Shown here: positions 18,476 to 27,299 of the stretch, piece by piece
How the letters are laid out: each line of letters begins with the position of its first letter
Numbering within the stretch: position 1 is the first letter of the stretch
Source: Promethearchaeota archaeon
GTDB taxonomy: Archaea; Asgardarchaeota; Lokiarchaeia; Sigyniarchaeales; SOKP01
NCBI GenBank assembly: GCA_016839585.1
Contig: JAEOTZ010000042.1
Location: forward strand, 3,859 to 67,858
Direction: 5' to 3'
DNA length: 64,000 nucleotides
Made by a program: the position numbers and the translations under genes
Notes under the pieces: model-generated
What the model saw: the letters and a program-made list of their open reading frames with translations, nothing else
Databases searched by the model: none
Told to the model about the DNA's origin: nothing

Positions 18476-19648
18476 ATGTCTAAAAAATTATTTTGGGAGA
18501 ATGCATACGACACTAAATTTAGCTCTAAGGTAGTATCAATCAAAGAAAAGGGTATTACACTCGACAAAACTTTGTTTTATCCTGAAAGTGGAAATCAGTT
18601 ATGCGACCATGGGTATTTGGAAATTAATGATCATAGATTTAAAGTTGAAAAAGTGACTAAGGAGGGAGATGATATATTACATCATATTTCTTCTGATTTT
18701 AAAAAGAAAATTAATATTGGAGATAAAGTTGATGGAGAAATTGATTGGAAATTTCGATATGGTTTAATGAAAGCCCATTCTTCTCAACACATTTTATCTG
18801 CAATAATTAAGAATAAATACGATATTGATACTATCCGTGCTAATCTTAATTTTGAAGATGTTAATCTACAATTATCTCAAGAGCTAAGTTATGACCAATT
18901 AAAAGAAGTATTACTGGATGTAAATACAATTTGTACTTCAATTAACCTTAAAATCAATTCGAAAATCGTTTCACGTGAAGACGCTCAAAAATTATCTGAA
19001 AAAATTAGAAGTATAATTCCAAATGAATCTCAGGTACGATTGATGGAAATTGAAGGTTTAGATTTGGTTTGTTGTGGAGGAACTCATGTTAGGAATACTT
19101 CAGAAATTGGAGAAATTTTTATTTATGATTTTAAAAAAGGAAGCGAGATAAAATACTATGTGGGAAATAAAGCTTTATTAGCGAGTTCAATTAATAACAT
19201 TGATATGATAACTCTAGTTAATAATTTAAACACTCCCATTGGAAATATCAAAGGAATCATTGAAAAACGTTTAAAATATATCGAAAATGTTCAAGACCAA
19301 CAAAAATATTTATCAATCAAATTACTAGAGTTGATTTCAAAAACACCTTTAAAAATTATTAACAATATCTCCCTTTTTTATATTGATTTTGATATTGACA
19401 TAAAGCTCCTAAGTAGTATGTTAAATCTTTTTCCACTAGATTCACTCATTATTGTAAGGATAGAATCCAATAAATTAAGAATACTTTCTACAAGTGAGAA
19501 AATAGATGCGAATGAAATCTTAAAAAAGTTGATCATTGAGTACGGCGGAAAAGGAGGAGGTAATCCTAAATCGGCTCAAGCATTTTTAGAAAAAGTTCCG
19601 AAAGATCTCTTATCTAAGATAGAAATAATTATTTCAAACTCTATTTAA
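18476..19648 (+). CDS. alaX: Alanyl-tRNA editing protein AlaX (long form)
   Basis: It has HSSQHIL (HxxxH) and CCGGTHV zinc motifs of the AlaRS editing domain, plus a C-terminal DHHA1-like part (GGKGGGNPKSAQA). I preferred the ATG at 18476 over the TTG at 18464. Confidence 0.85.
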   Translation: MSKKLFWENAYDTKFSSKVVSIKEKGITLDKTLFYPESGNQLCDHGYLEINDHRFKVEKVTKEGDDILHHISSDFKKKINIGDKVDGEIDWKFRYGLMKAHSSQHILSAIIKNKYDIDTIRANLNFEDVNLQLSQELSYDQLKEVLLDVNTICTSINLKINSKIVSREDAQKLSEKIRSIIPNESQVRLMEIEGLDLVCCGGTHVRNTSEIGEIFIYDFKKGSEIKYYVGNKALLASSINNIDMITLVNNLNTPIGNIKGIIEKRLKYIENVQDQQKYLSIKLLELISKTPLKIINNISLFYIDFDIDIKLLSSMLNLFPLDSLIIVRIESNKLRILSTSEKIDANEILKKLIIEYGGKGGGNPKSAQAFLEKVPKDLLSKIEIIISNSI

Positions 19649-19703
19649 AGAAGTAGATTTATTTTATTTGTTAAAAAAATTGAATATTATATTTTAACCG
19701 TTC

Positions 19704-20591
19704 CTACTTTATATTATATTTTTCTAGCAATGCTGTTAATCTAGATCTATGGAACTTTAATCCTAGATCATCTGGATTCTCTCCAAACGCTAAAGCCATT
19801 AGTTCAGTTAGATACAGTATTGGAATATTAAAACTTTTGTTCGACTGAGTCGCTGCTTTCTTTTGATTTGAATCCATTTGTTGAAAGCAAGCTGGACAAA
19901 TAACGACAAATGCTTCAGCCCCAGCTTCTAGAGCACTAGTGAATTTATTGGCTAAGACCTGCATCGATGGTTCTTCTTCTGTGTTTCCTACTCCCGCTCC
20001 ACAACAAAGCATTTCCTCTGCATATTCTATTGGGGTTGCGCCCGTGGCAGCGACTAGCTCTCTTAATTTTACTGGTTCCATTGGATCATCAGTTTGCATA
20101 ATTTCAGAGGGTCTATTATAGTGACAGCCTGTATGGCATGCTATTTTTAATCCTGATAAATCACGAACGATATTTTCCTTGATTTTTTCATCTCCTAACT
20201 CGTGTAAAACTTCGACAAAATGTTTAACATGGATAGTTCCTTTAAATTCTCGACCAACCGTTTTTAAAATTTTATTTATCTTTTCTTTTTCATGATCATT
20301 ATGAGATAATTCATGGTTTACCGCTTTTAGTGTTTGAAAGCAACCATTGCATAAGGATACTATATTTTTTCCTTCTTTTTCGGCAATAGTAAGATTACGT
20401 GCACCCATTGCTAACCAACTAGTATGATCTACAGCATTAAACCCAACTGGGTCTGGACAACAAGCAAACGGAGCATCAGATGTTTTTATTCCTAATTTAT
20501 CAAATACTTTTCTTGCTGAAGCTTCAATAAACGGAATTCTATTTCCAATTGTACACCCTTGGAACATTTTATATTCTTCTGCTTTTGCCAT
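19704..20591 (-). CDS. hdrB: Heterodisulfide reductase subunit B-like protein (two CCG domains)
   Basis: 295 aa. It has PFACCPDP and EMLCCGAG CCG-domain motifs and is collinear with HdrB. No hdrC is adjacent. Confidence 0.8.
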   Translation of the reverse strand: MAKAEEYKMFQGCTIGNRIPFIEASARKVFDKLGIKTSDAPFACCPDPVGFNAVDHTSWLAMGARNLTIAEKEGKNIVSLCNGCFQTLKAVNHELSHNDHEKEKINKILKTVGREFKGTIHVKHFVEVLHELGDEKIKENIVRDLSGLKIACHTGCHYNRPSEIMQTDDPMEPVKLRELVAATGATPIEYAEEMLCCGAGVGNTEEEPSMQVLANKFTSALEAGAEAFVVICPACFQQMDSNQKKAATQSNKSFNIPILYLTELMALAFGENPDDLGLKFHRSRLTALLEKYNIK

Positions 20592-20734
20592 AATTACTCT
20601 CTTCTTTTCTTCTATATTAATTATTTTATTTAATATAGAGTAAATTAAAAAATTTGTTAATTCATATTTGTTTAAGCCTATTTATAAAATAAAAAAAAAA
20701 AGAAAAAGAAAATATTTTTACTCTGATTTTGTTA

Positions 20735-21166
20735 TTAATCTTTCTTTAATTTCATTCGTCCAATAATAGTTAATATAACACCTAAGAAACCATAACTACC
20801 ATGGATAGTTTCAGTAACAATTTGGTCCAGTTCCTCGAGAATTGAGCCTTCAACTATACCTGTGATTAGAAATATTAATAAACTAATCAATCCCATACCA
20901 GCCCCAATTCCAATAATAAATTTACCTAATCTATAATGGTCCATCGCTACGATTATAGATCCTATAATAACAGAAATTCCTCCTCCTATAGCAATGTATG
21001 CTAGAATTTGAATAACAAGGGATACAATCTTAGCAACATCTTCTCCAACGTCAGCCTCTATATAACTAAAAAGCGTTTCAAAAAATGCAACGCTCCCTAT
21101 AACAGAACTGATAATCATTAAAATTCCGCCAATTATACAAAGCAAAATCCATCCAAAATTTTTCAT
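20735..21166 (-). CDS. Small 4-TM membrane protein, paralogue of 22187..22744
   Basis: 143 aa. The N-terminus MKNFGWILLCIIGGILMIISSVIGS.. and ..HYRLGKFIIGIG.. match the paralogue (..QYRLGKFLIGVG..). Confidence 0.5.
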   Translation of the reverse strand: MKNFGWILLCIIGGILMIISSVIGSVAFFETLFSYIEADVGEDVAKIVSLVIQILAYIAIGGGISVIIGSIIVAMDHYRLGKFIIGIGAGMGLISLLIFLITGIVEGSILEELDQIVTETIHGSYGFLGVILTIIGRMKLKKD

Positions 21167-21252
21167 AATATTTTAGACCTTTTTTCAAATTTTTAAATTG
21201 ATTATAGATTAATATTTATATTTCTAATATTTATAAGTTCTAAGTATTTAAT

Positions 21253-22068
21253 TTAGATAATAATTCTAGAAGGGTGAGTATAAATATTCATTCTTGCTCC
21301 CCTTACAAATCCTATCAATGTAATTCCGTAAGCAAAAGCTAACCTAATACCAGATTCTATGGCAGCAGATAGGGATGCCACAATCGGAATCTTTGCCCGT
21401 ATTGCTTTCAATACCGAATCTCCTGTTAATCTGCCTGTTGATACTAATATTAGGTTTTGAAAATTATGCTCTTTTAACAATAAATCCCCTATGACTTTAT
21501 CAATTGCGTTGTGTCTACCAATATCTTCTTTAACACTTATTAAATTGCCTTCCAAATCAAATATAGCTGCACCATGACATCCTCCAGTTTCTCGATATAA
21601 TTTTGTTTTTGTATGCATTTCTTTAATAGCAGAATAGATTATATCTGATTTAATTTTAAGAGTTGATTTTCCCTTAAGAGATTCTTTTACTTTATACTTT
21701 TCTAGACTGTTCTTTATAACATTTCTCCATGGAGATGAAATTCCACAGGTTGTATCAACAACTCTACTAACAGGGTTTATCTCAAGATTTTTTACTCTGA
21801 AGTCTATGGAATCATCTAATTCAATAAACACTTTCTTTTCTAACTCTTTTACATTAACAGATTTTACATCTTTAATTGAGTTGATAATTCCAATAGAGAA
21901 TAAAAATCCAATACTCAATTCTTTAAGATCTTTTGGCAAACAAATAATATTAACTAACGCTTCGGAGTTTACAATTATATCTATAGGACTCTCAATAAGA
22001 ATTAAATCATCTTCCTTGCTTCTTTGATTTTTCTTTATCCGAGTAATATTTACCTTTCGCTGAAACAA
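21253..22068 (-). CDS. fdhD: FdhD-type sulfurtransferase (Mo/W-bisPGD enzyme maturation)
   Basis: 271 aa. It has GGCHGAAIFD and EDIGRHNAIDKVIG signatures. The start codon is uncertain (TTG at 22068). Confidence 0.85.
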   Translation of the reverse strand: MFQRKVNITRIKKNQRSKEDDLILIESPIDIIVNSEALVNIICLPKDLKELSIGFLFSIGIINSIKDVKSVNVKELEKKVFIELDDSIDFRVKNLEINPVSRVVDTTCGISSPWRNVIKNSLEKYKVKESLKGKSTLKIKSDIIYSAIKEMHTKTKLYRETGGCHGAAIFDLEGNLISVKEDIGRHNAIDKVIGDLLLKEHNFQNLILVSTGRLTGDSVLKAIRAKIPIVASLSAAIESGIRLAFAYGITLIGFVRGARMNIYTHPSRIII

Positions 22069-22186
22069 AATTCTTACCTTGGGATGAATTAAATTCCTTT
22101 TTTTAGGATTTCAATATCATTTTTTGTATCAATAATATTTTATTAAAATAATAAGTGAAAAAATAAATTCTAAAATTAAATTTCAA

Positions 22187-22744
22187 CTAAGTTTCTTCGC
22201 TTTCTTCAAAAATTTCTTCTTTTTCTTCCAGCTTTACTTCTTGTTTTACTTTTTTAGGTTTTTTAGGTTCCTTTGGTTCTTTAGGTACCTTAGGCTTTTT
22301 AATAAACGCTCTTCCAATTATTGCAACTATTACTCCTGTAAATGCTAACCCCGTATTATAAGAAAAAAAATCTTCTAGTCTATCTAGATAAGCTACAATT
22401 TCTGGATCAGTAACTATTTCAAATTCATGTACAACTTCAGAAGTAATCCAAATAATAAGAGCTAGCGACCCAAATGTTAATCCAACACCTATTAAGAATT
22501 TTCCTAATCTATATTGATTTACCAAAAAAAGGAGTGTTCCAACAATGACTGCAATACCACCAGTATCTGCTATAATTCTTAAAACTATTATAGCAATTTT
22601 CCCTAATGGTACAAAGTCTGGAGGAATTTCTTCAGATACATATCCCCAAAGAAATTCATAAATACCTATCGACCCGATTGCGGAACTAATAATCATACAT
22701 ATTCCGCCAATAAACAACAAAATTATTCCTGTCTTATGTTTCAT
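22187..22744 (-). CDS. Small 4-TM membrane protein with a KP/KE-rich C-terminal tail, paralogue of 20735..21166
   Basis: 185 aa. It is collinear with the 143-aa paralogue and has an added tail KKPKVPKEPKEPKKPKKVKQEVKLEEKEE. Confidence 0.5.
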   Translation of the reverse strand: MKHKTGIILLFIGGICMIISSAIGSIGIYEFLWGYVSEEIPPDFVPLGKIAIIVLRIIADTGGIAVIVGTLLFLVNQYRLGKFLIGVGLTFGSLALIIWITSEVVHEFEIVTDPEIVAYLDRLEDFFSYNTGLAFTGVIVAIIGRAFIKKPKVPKEPKEPKKPKKVKQEVKLEEKEEIFEESEET

Positions 22745-22799
22745 TTAAACACCATTATAAATTTGAAATTTTTAAATAATACTATAAAAAATTATAATT

Positions 22800-23609
22800 T
22801 TATGCGGCAATATATAGTTTACCAGTTGATTCTTTACTTACAGAATGATCTCCACTATACTCAATAAACTTGCCTGTGATTTTTTCTCCATTCGGTAAAT
22901 CAATTTCTTTAACTTCACCTATTCTTTTAAAAGAAGGGAGTTTTCTTGAAACTTTACCCTTAATAACAATGATGCCTCGTGCTTGATCAGCGCCTGCACA
23001 CCTATCGCAATCTCCTTCTACAACAATAGTACCACCATGATTATGAGTCCCAAGAAATGGTCCTGCACTTCCACAATACAACATTGGCCATCTATTAGCT
23101 GGTTTTGAACTTCTTGCCCAAAGCATGGATTCATTACCGACTTTACCTTTTACCTTTATTACTCCATTTTTCATACCCTGCCAGTTACCTCTATACGCTG
23201 CCCCGACATAATGACCAGCATCTCCAATTATCTCTAATTCACCCCCTTGCAGCATGGCTCCTGCCCAATCATCAGCATTTCCATTCACTAAAATTTTTCC
23301 GCCTGACATATTATTACCCACATGCATTCCAACATTACCATTTATAATTATTTCACCACCACTCATTTGCTCTCCAATTCTTTTCACGTTTGATAGATCT
23401 CCATCAATAACTATTTTAGTATTATTCACATTACCAGATTTTCCAGAAACACTAAAATAATCTCCTATTACAGTATTTTCGTTTCCATGGTACAAAGGTA
23501 ACTTTTTAATTGCATCAAGAGTTTTTCCAGCAAAATTATCTGGAGTTATACTTTCGGCTTCTAAAGGGAATTTTGGTAGTTTTTTTAATTTCAACTTTAT
23601 CTCAGTCAT
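22800..23609 (-). CDS. fwdC: Formylmethanofuran dehydrogenase subunit C
   Basis: 269 aa. It has repeated G-x-x-G-x-x-G beta-helix units (GNVGMHVGNNMSGGKILVNGNADDWAGAMLQGGELEIIGDAG), as in FwdC and the GltB C-terminal domain. Confidence 0.85.
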   Translation of the reverse strand: MTEIKLKLKKLPKFPLEAESITPDNFAGKTLDAIKKLPLYHGNENTVIGDYFSVSGKSGNVNNTKIVIDGDLSNVKRIGEQMSGGEIIINGNVGMHVGNNMSGGKILVNGNADDWAGAMLQGGELEIIGDAGHYVGAAYRGNWQGMKNGVIKVKGKVGNESMLWARSSKPANRWPMLYCGSAGPFLGTHNHGGTIVVEGDCDRCAGADQARGIIVIKGKVSRKLPSFKRIGEVKEIDLPNGEKITGKFIEYSGDHSVSKESTGKLYIAA

Positions 23610-23612
23610 TAC

Positions 23613-24941
23613 TTACTCTCCTTTTTTTTCCTTTATTTTCTCAATTAATTTTTCTAATATTTCTTTATCAGATAAACACTTACCAGGAGCATCTTTCACT
23701 TTTCTTAATCTTATAGGAACACTATCCATGCGGTAAGCTGTTCCTTCACATTCAATCCCTGCAATTGCTGCTGGGAAATTAATATCAGCATTCGCAGAAG
23801 TTGGTGTTTCATGCGGTTCAATAGAAATTAAAGGATGCTTAAATAAATTTTTCACGGAAGCTGCTGGAAAATTACTGGCAGGATCAGATGCAACTATCAA
23901 GGAGGCATCAATTTCATCTCTCATTAAAAGATCTACTGATGAAAATTCTCCCGGATTATATCGGGGATATCCTTTTGAGAAATCAATTGAATAAGCATAA
24001 CCCGTATTCCAAGCAAAAACAATATTAGCTCCTGTTACGTTATAATGACCCCGCATAGGCATTAGTAGAAATTTAGTATGATCATTTAATTCTCTAACTA
24101 AGGAAATGGCCGCATCAATGTTCCTATGGTGAGCTAAAGATTGAGTTAACCCCATACCAAAAAATATAACTCCAAAGTTACAAGTTTTCAAAATATTGAC
24201 TAATTCTTTGATCTTTTCCATTGGAACGCCTGAGATTTCCTTTTCATCTAATTCTACTCCTCTTACCATTGCTCTAATAGCATTTAATAATTCATAATCT
24301 TCGCTAGGTTTTATTTGAATAAATAGATCTGCTATTTGGGCAGTATGAGTATTCCTTGGATCAACAACAACAATAAATCTGTCATTTCTACCATCTTTTC
24401 TAAAATACCCCCTTACAAACTCGCTATATCTCCCAAGATGCCTTGGATGAGCATGGACGGGATTGGATCCCCAAAATATAACAAGATCTGCCCTATTTTT
24501 AAAATCTCCTAATGTTGCCATAGGTGCTCCCACATCTTGGATAGCCAATAAACTAGGACCATGACAGACTGAAGCGGTGTTATCTAAAATTCCACCTAAC
24601 AACTCTGCTAACTCAACACCTTTACTTTGAGCTTCACATTCTGTGCTAGAAAAACCATAAAGTAAAGGTCTTTTAGCACTAATTAATATTTCTGCGGCTT
24701 TATCAAAAGCTTCATCCCAAGATACTTCTTTAAATGAATCATTTTCTTTGATCCGAGGTTTGGTATATCTATGTCCACTTGGATTTGATGAAAAGAATTT
24801 TTTTGTGCCAATTTGACAACCATTCCTTATTTCTACAATCGTTTCTTCTTTAATATCTACATCAACTTCAAGATCATCACAAAGTGTGCCACAAAAAGGG
24901 CAAATAACATCAGAGATTGTTCTTAATTTCCTTTCCACCAT
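23613..24941 (-). CDS. fwdB: Formylmethanofuran dehydrogenase subunit B (Mo/W-bisPGD catalytic subunit), Cys form
   Basis: 442 aa. It has an N-terminal Cys cluster (CPFCGTLCDD) and molybdopterin oxidoreductase collinearity. The active-site region is NTASVCHGPS, with Cys and no TGA. Confidence 0.85.
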   Translation of the reverse strand: MVERKLRTISDVICPFCGTLCDDLEVDVDIKEETIVEIRNGCQIGTKKFFSSNPSGHRYTKPRIKENDSFKEVSWDEAFDKAAEILISAKRPLLYGFSSTECEAQSKGVELAELLGGILDNTASVCHGPSLLAIQDVGAPMATLGDFKNRADLVIFWGSNPVHAHPRHLGRYSEFVRGYFRKDGRNDRFIVVVDPRNTHTAQIADLFIQIKPSEDYELLNAIRAMVRGVELDEKEISGVPMEKIKELVNILKTCNFGVIFFGMGLTQSLAHHRNIDAAISLVRELNDHTKFLLMPMRGHYNVTGANIVFAWNTGYAYSIDFSKGYPRYNPGEFSSVDLLMRDEIDASLIVASDPASNFPAASVKNLFKHPLISIEPHETPTSANADINFPAAIAGIECEGTAYRMDSVPIRLRKVKDAPGKCLSDKEILEKLIEKIKEKKGE

Positions 24942-24943
24942 TA

Positions 24944-25339
24944 TTATGCCACCTTTAACGTTTTTATTAAATCAAGAGCATCTAAAACATTACCATTTTT
25001 AACTACTTCTACTTTTGCTTTCATCCCTTTATAAGTCGGTGTACCACAGGATTGAGTATCGGGATTTACAACTTGGTTAGCCCAAGGTCCCAGAGGTATA
25101 AATATTATACCCTTATGGGGACCTTCTTCAGAAATAGTAGAGTAAACCATTACTTCTCCATAATCAGTAATAACTTTAACAGGAGTTCCTACAAGGCAGT
25201 CTAACTTCTTGAAATCTTCTTTATCAAATGTACATATGGCAGCAGCTCTCACATTTTCTTTTGTTGTTTTACCACCTTCGAGTGCAACTCCCTGATTAAT
25301 TGTTCTTCCAGTCAGTAAAATCAAGTTGTTTAAACTCAT
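24944..25339 (-). CDS. fwdD: Formylmethanofuran dehydrogenase subunit D (molybdopterin dinucleotide-binding domain)
   Basis: About 131 aa from MSLNNLILLTGRTINQG. The start at 25339 forms an ATGA overlap with the upstream stop. The longer track ORF (to 25402) overlaps the polyferredoxin gene. Confidence 0.8.
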   Translation of the reverse strand: MSLNNLILLTGRTINQGVALEGGKTTKENVRAAAICTFDKEDFKKLDCLVGTPVKVITDYGEVMVYSTISEEGPHKGIIFIPLGPWANQVVNPDTQSCGTPTYKGMKAKVEVVKNGNVLDALDLIKTLKVA

Positions 25340-26085
25340 TCTTCTTTCTCCTCTTTTTCTCTCTCTCTTAAAGTCTTTAATCTTTCTAATAAAGGTTCCC
25401 AAAACATTTCACTAAATTTTCCAGATGTTTTAACATCTGTAATTTCTAACTTGACTGCACCTGTTGGACATCCATTATCACAAGCTCCACAAAATACGCA
25501 TTTTTCCTCATCCACAACTACATTTGGGACTGTTTCCCAGCCTTTATCAGACTTTTTTGGGACTGTAATTGCACCAGATGGACATACTTCGTAGCATGTT
25601 TGACATCCACCAGGGCACTCCTCATCAACAATACTTATTTTGCCGTCGGTATATTGTTTAACAACCCTCTTAATCGCGTTATAGTTCTCAATCTTTTTAG
25701 CTTCAAATTCCAGTCTGGGTACTACTTTTTCTTTTACAATTTGGATGTCTTCTAACTCAATTACTTCACCATCTTTTTTTAAAGTTAGAGCACTAAAAGG
25801 GCACATGTACACACAAGTTCCACAAAAAACACATTTTTTTGGGTCATATACCTCTGGTATAATATCTTCTAAAGTTGGGAATCGTCGGGAAGTTCCTACA
25901 GGTCCTCTTGAAATTGCCTCTTTAGGACAAACACGAGCACAAGTTCCGCAACCAACACATTTAGTTCTATCTAAAATTAATTCTAAACTTTCAGTTAAAA
26001 ATTGAACTTTTACATGTTCTATTTCTTTACTAATTGTTCTTGATATTTTTGGAAATGACATATTTTTTACCTCATTTACTTTCAA
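25336..26085 (-). CDS. fwdF: Polyferredoxin (FwdF-like, about four [4Fe-4S] motifs)
   Basis: 249 aa with four CxxCxxCxxxCP-type motifs, located within the fwd operon. Confidence 0.7.
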   Translation of the reverse strand: MKVNEVKNMSFPKISRTISKEIEHVKVQFLTESLELILDRTKCVGCGTCARVCPKEAISRGPVGTSRRFPTLEDIIPEVYDPKKCVFCGTCVYMCPFSALTLKKDGEVIELEDIQIVKEKVVPRLEFEAKKIENYNAIKRVVKQYTDGKISIVDEECPGGCQTCYEVCPSGAITVPKKSDKGWETVPNVVVDEEKCVFCGACDNGCPTGAVKLEITDVKTSGKFSEMFWEPLLERLKTLREREKEEKEE

Positions 26086-26329
26086 CTAAATGTAATTCAA
26101 TAGCAGAGACTGGGCAAAATTTAATACAAACACCACATCCATCACAGTTCACATCTCTACCCTCAACATATATATCATAAGCCATTCCATTTTTGACTAA
26201 GACTACTGCATTTTCTTTAGTTAAATAACCCTTTTGTTTTAATTGTTGAAAATTCAAGGGGCAACTTACAACGCAGTCATTACAGCCAATACATGTATTT
26301 TTATTAATTTTCAGTCTGTAAATTTGCAT
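26072..26329 (-). CDS. fwdG: 2x[4Fe-4S] ferredoxin (FwdG-like)
   Basis: 85 aa. It has CIGCNDCVVSCP and CDGCGVCIKFCP. It is the first gene of the fwd operon, with a GAGGG SD-like site upstream. Confidence 0.7.
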   Translation of the reverse strand: MQIYRLKINKNTCIGCNDCVVSCPLNFQQLKQKGYLTKENAVVLVKNGMAYDIYVEGRDVNCDGCGVCIKFCPVSAIELHLVESK

Positions 26330-26612
26330 ATTTTTCCCTCATTGTTAAATGAAACGGTGAAAGGCATTCAAAATAGCGTAGAACATTTATAGATATATAG
26401 ACGTTTTATAATATCCGTCAATATATTAAATTTTATATTTAACTTAAATTGTAGAAAGTATATTTTTTTAAAAAATTTGTTATAGGAATTAGTAAGTCAT
26501 AAATTAATATAAAATTCTAAACTTTTTTGTTAATTTAAATTTATCATATTATTTTATAATATAAATTATCCTTAGTTTAAAAGAAAAAAAGAAATAACCA
26601 TCTTTTAAAAGT

Positions 26613-27128
26613 TCATTCATTATTAGGACGAATTGACTCCAAATATGGAAAATTTTTTATTTCCATCGAAGTACCGGTAGCCTTGATTAATTTTCGGAAA
26701 TCGGGTTCGGGGATTTGTAAAGTTTCGGTATTAACATTTGGATGACAACAAATTTCTTCCGCATTCCATATATTTTCATCTACCATGAAAATCACCTTGT
26801 TATTGGTATCATTAACTAATGAAAGCGGAGATACAGCACCAGCGGTAATACCTAATATCTCAGAAAGATCTTCAGGTTCGGCAAAACGAACTTTTGGAGC
26901 ACCTATCAATTTACGGAATTGGTTTAAGTCCAGACGCTTTTCATGAGGTATGGTAACTAAATAGAATTGCCCGGATTTTTTATTCTTAAGAAACAAATTT
27001 TTGCAATGAGTTCCTGGGATGTGTCCACAATGCACTCTTGCTTCTGGTACAGTGAACACTGCCGAGTGAGTGTGTAAGACATATCGAATATTATGATCAG
27101 CTAACCATCGCTTTAATGAATCTTCCAT
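26613..27128 (-). CDS. YbaK/ProX-type aminoacyl-tRNA deacylase (trans-editing domain)
   Basis: From MEDSLKRWLADHNIRY it is about 171 aa. It has HCKNLFLKNKKSGQFYLV and GAVSPLSL motifs. The N-terminal 28 aa of the track ORF look like a spurious extension. Confidence 0.7.
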   Translation of the reverse strand: MEDSLKRWLADHNIRYVLHTHSAVFTVPEARVHCGHIPGTHCKNLFLKNKKSGQFYLVTIPHEKRLDLNQFRKLIGAPKVRFAEPEDLSEILGITAGAVSPLSLVNDTNNKVIFMVDENIWNAEEICCHPNVNTETLQIPEPDFRKLIKATGTSMEIKNFPYLESIRPNNE

Positions 27129-27299
27129 TTTCCTTACATTTAAATAAAAACCTATCTGCGTTATAAGGTTTAAGAATAAAATCAAAAAAAGAACCTTAAA
27201 ATTATAAAACATATGTTTATAAATTCTTTAAAATCATTTCATAATATTAAAAATTAAGATATTTCAAATAAAGAAATCTGAAAAATAGGGATTTATGTT

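Noticed and set aside
25336-25402. N-terminal 21-aa extension of the FwdD ORF (MGTFIRKIKDFKRERKRGERR...).
   Set aside because: It overlaps the 3' end of the polyferredoxin gene in another frame. The internal ATG at 25339 gives a typical FwdD N-terminus and a classic ATGA stop/start overlap.
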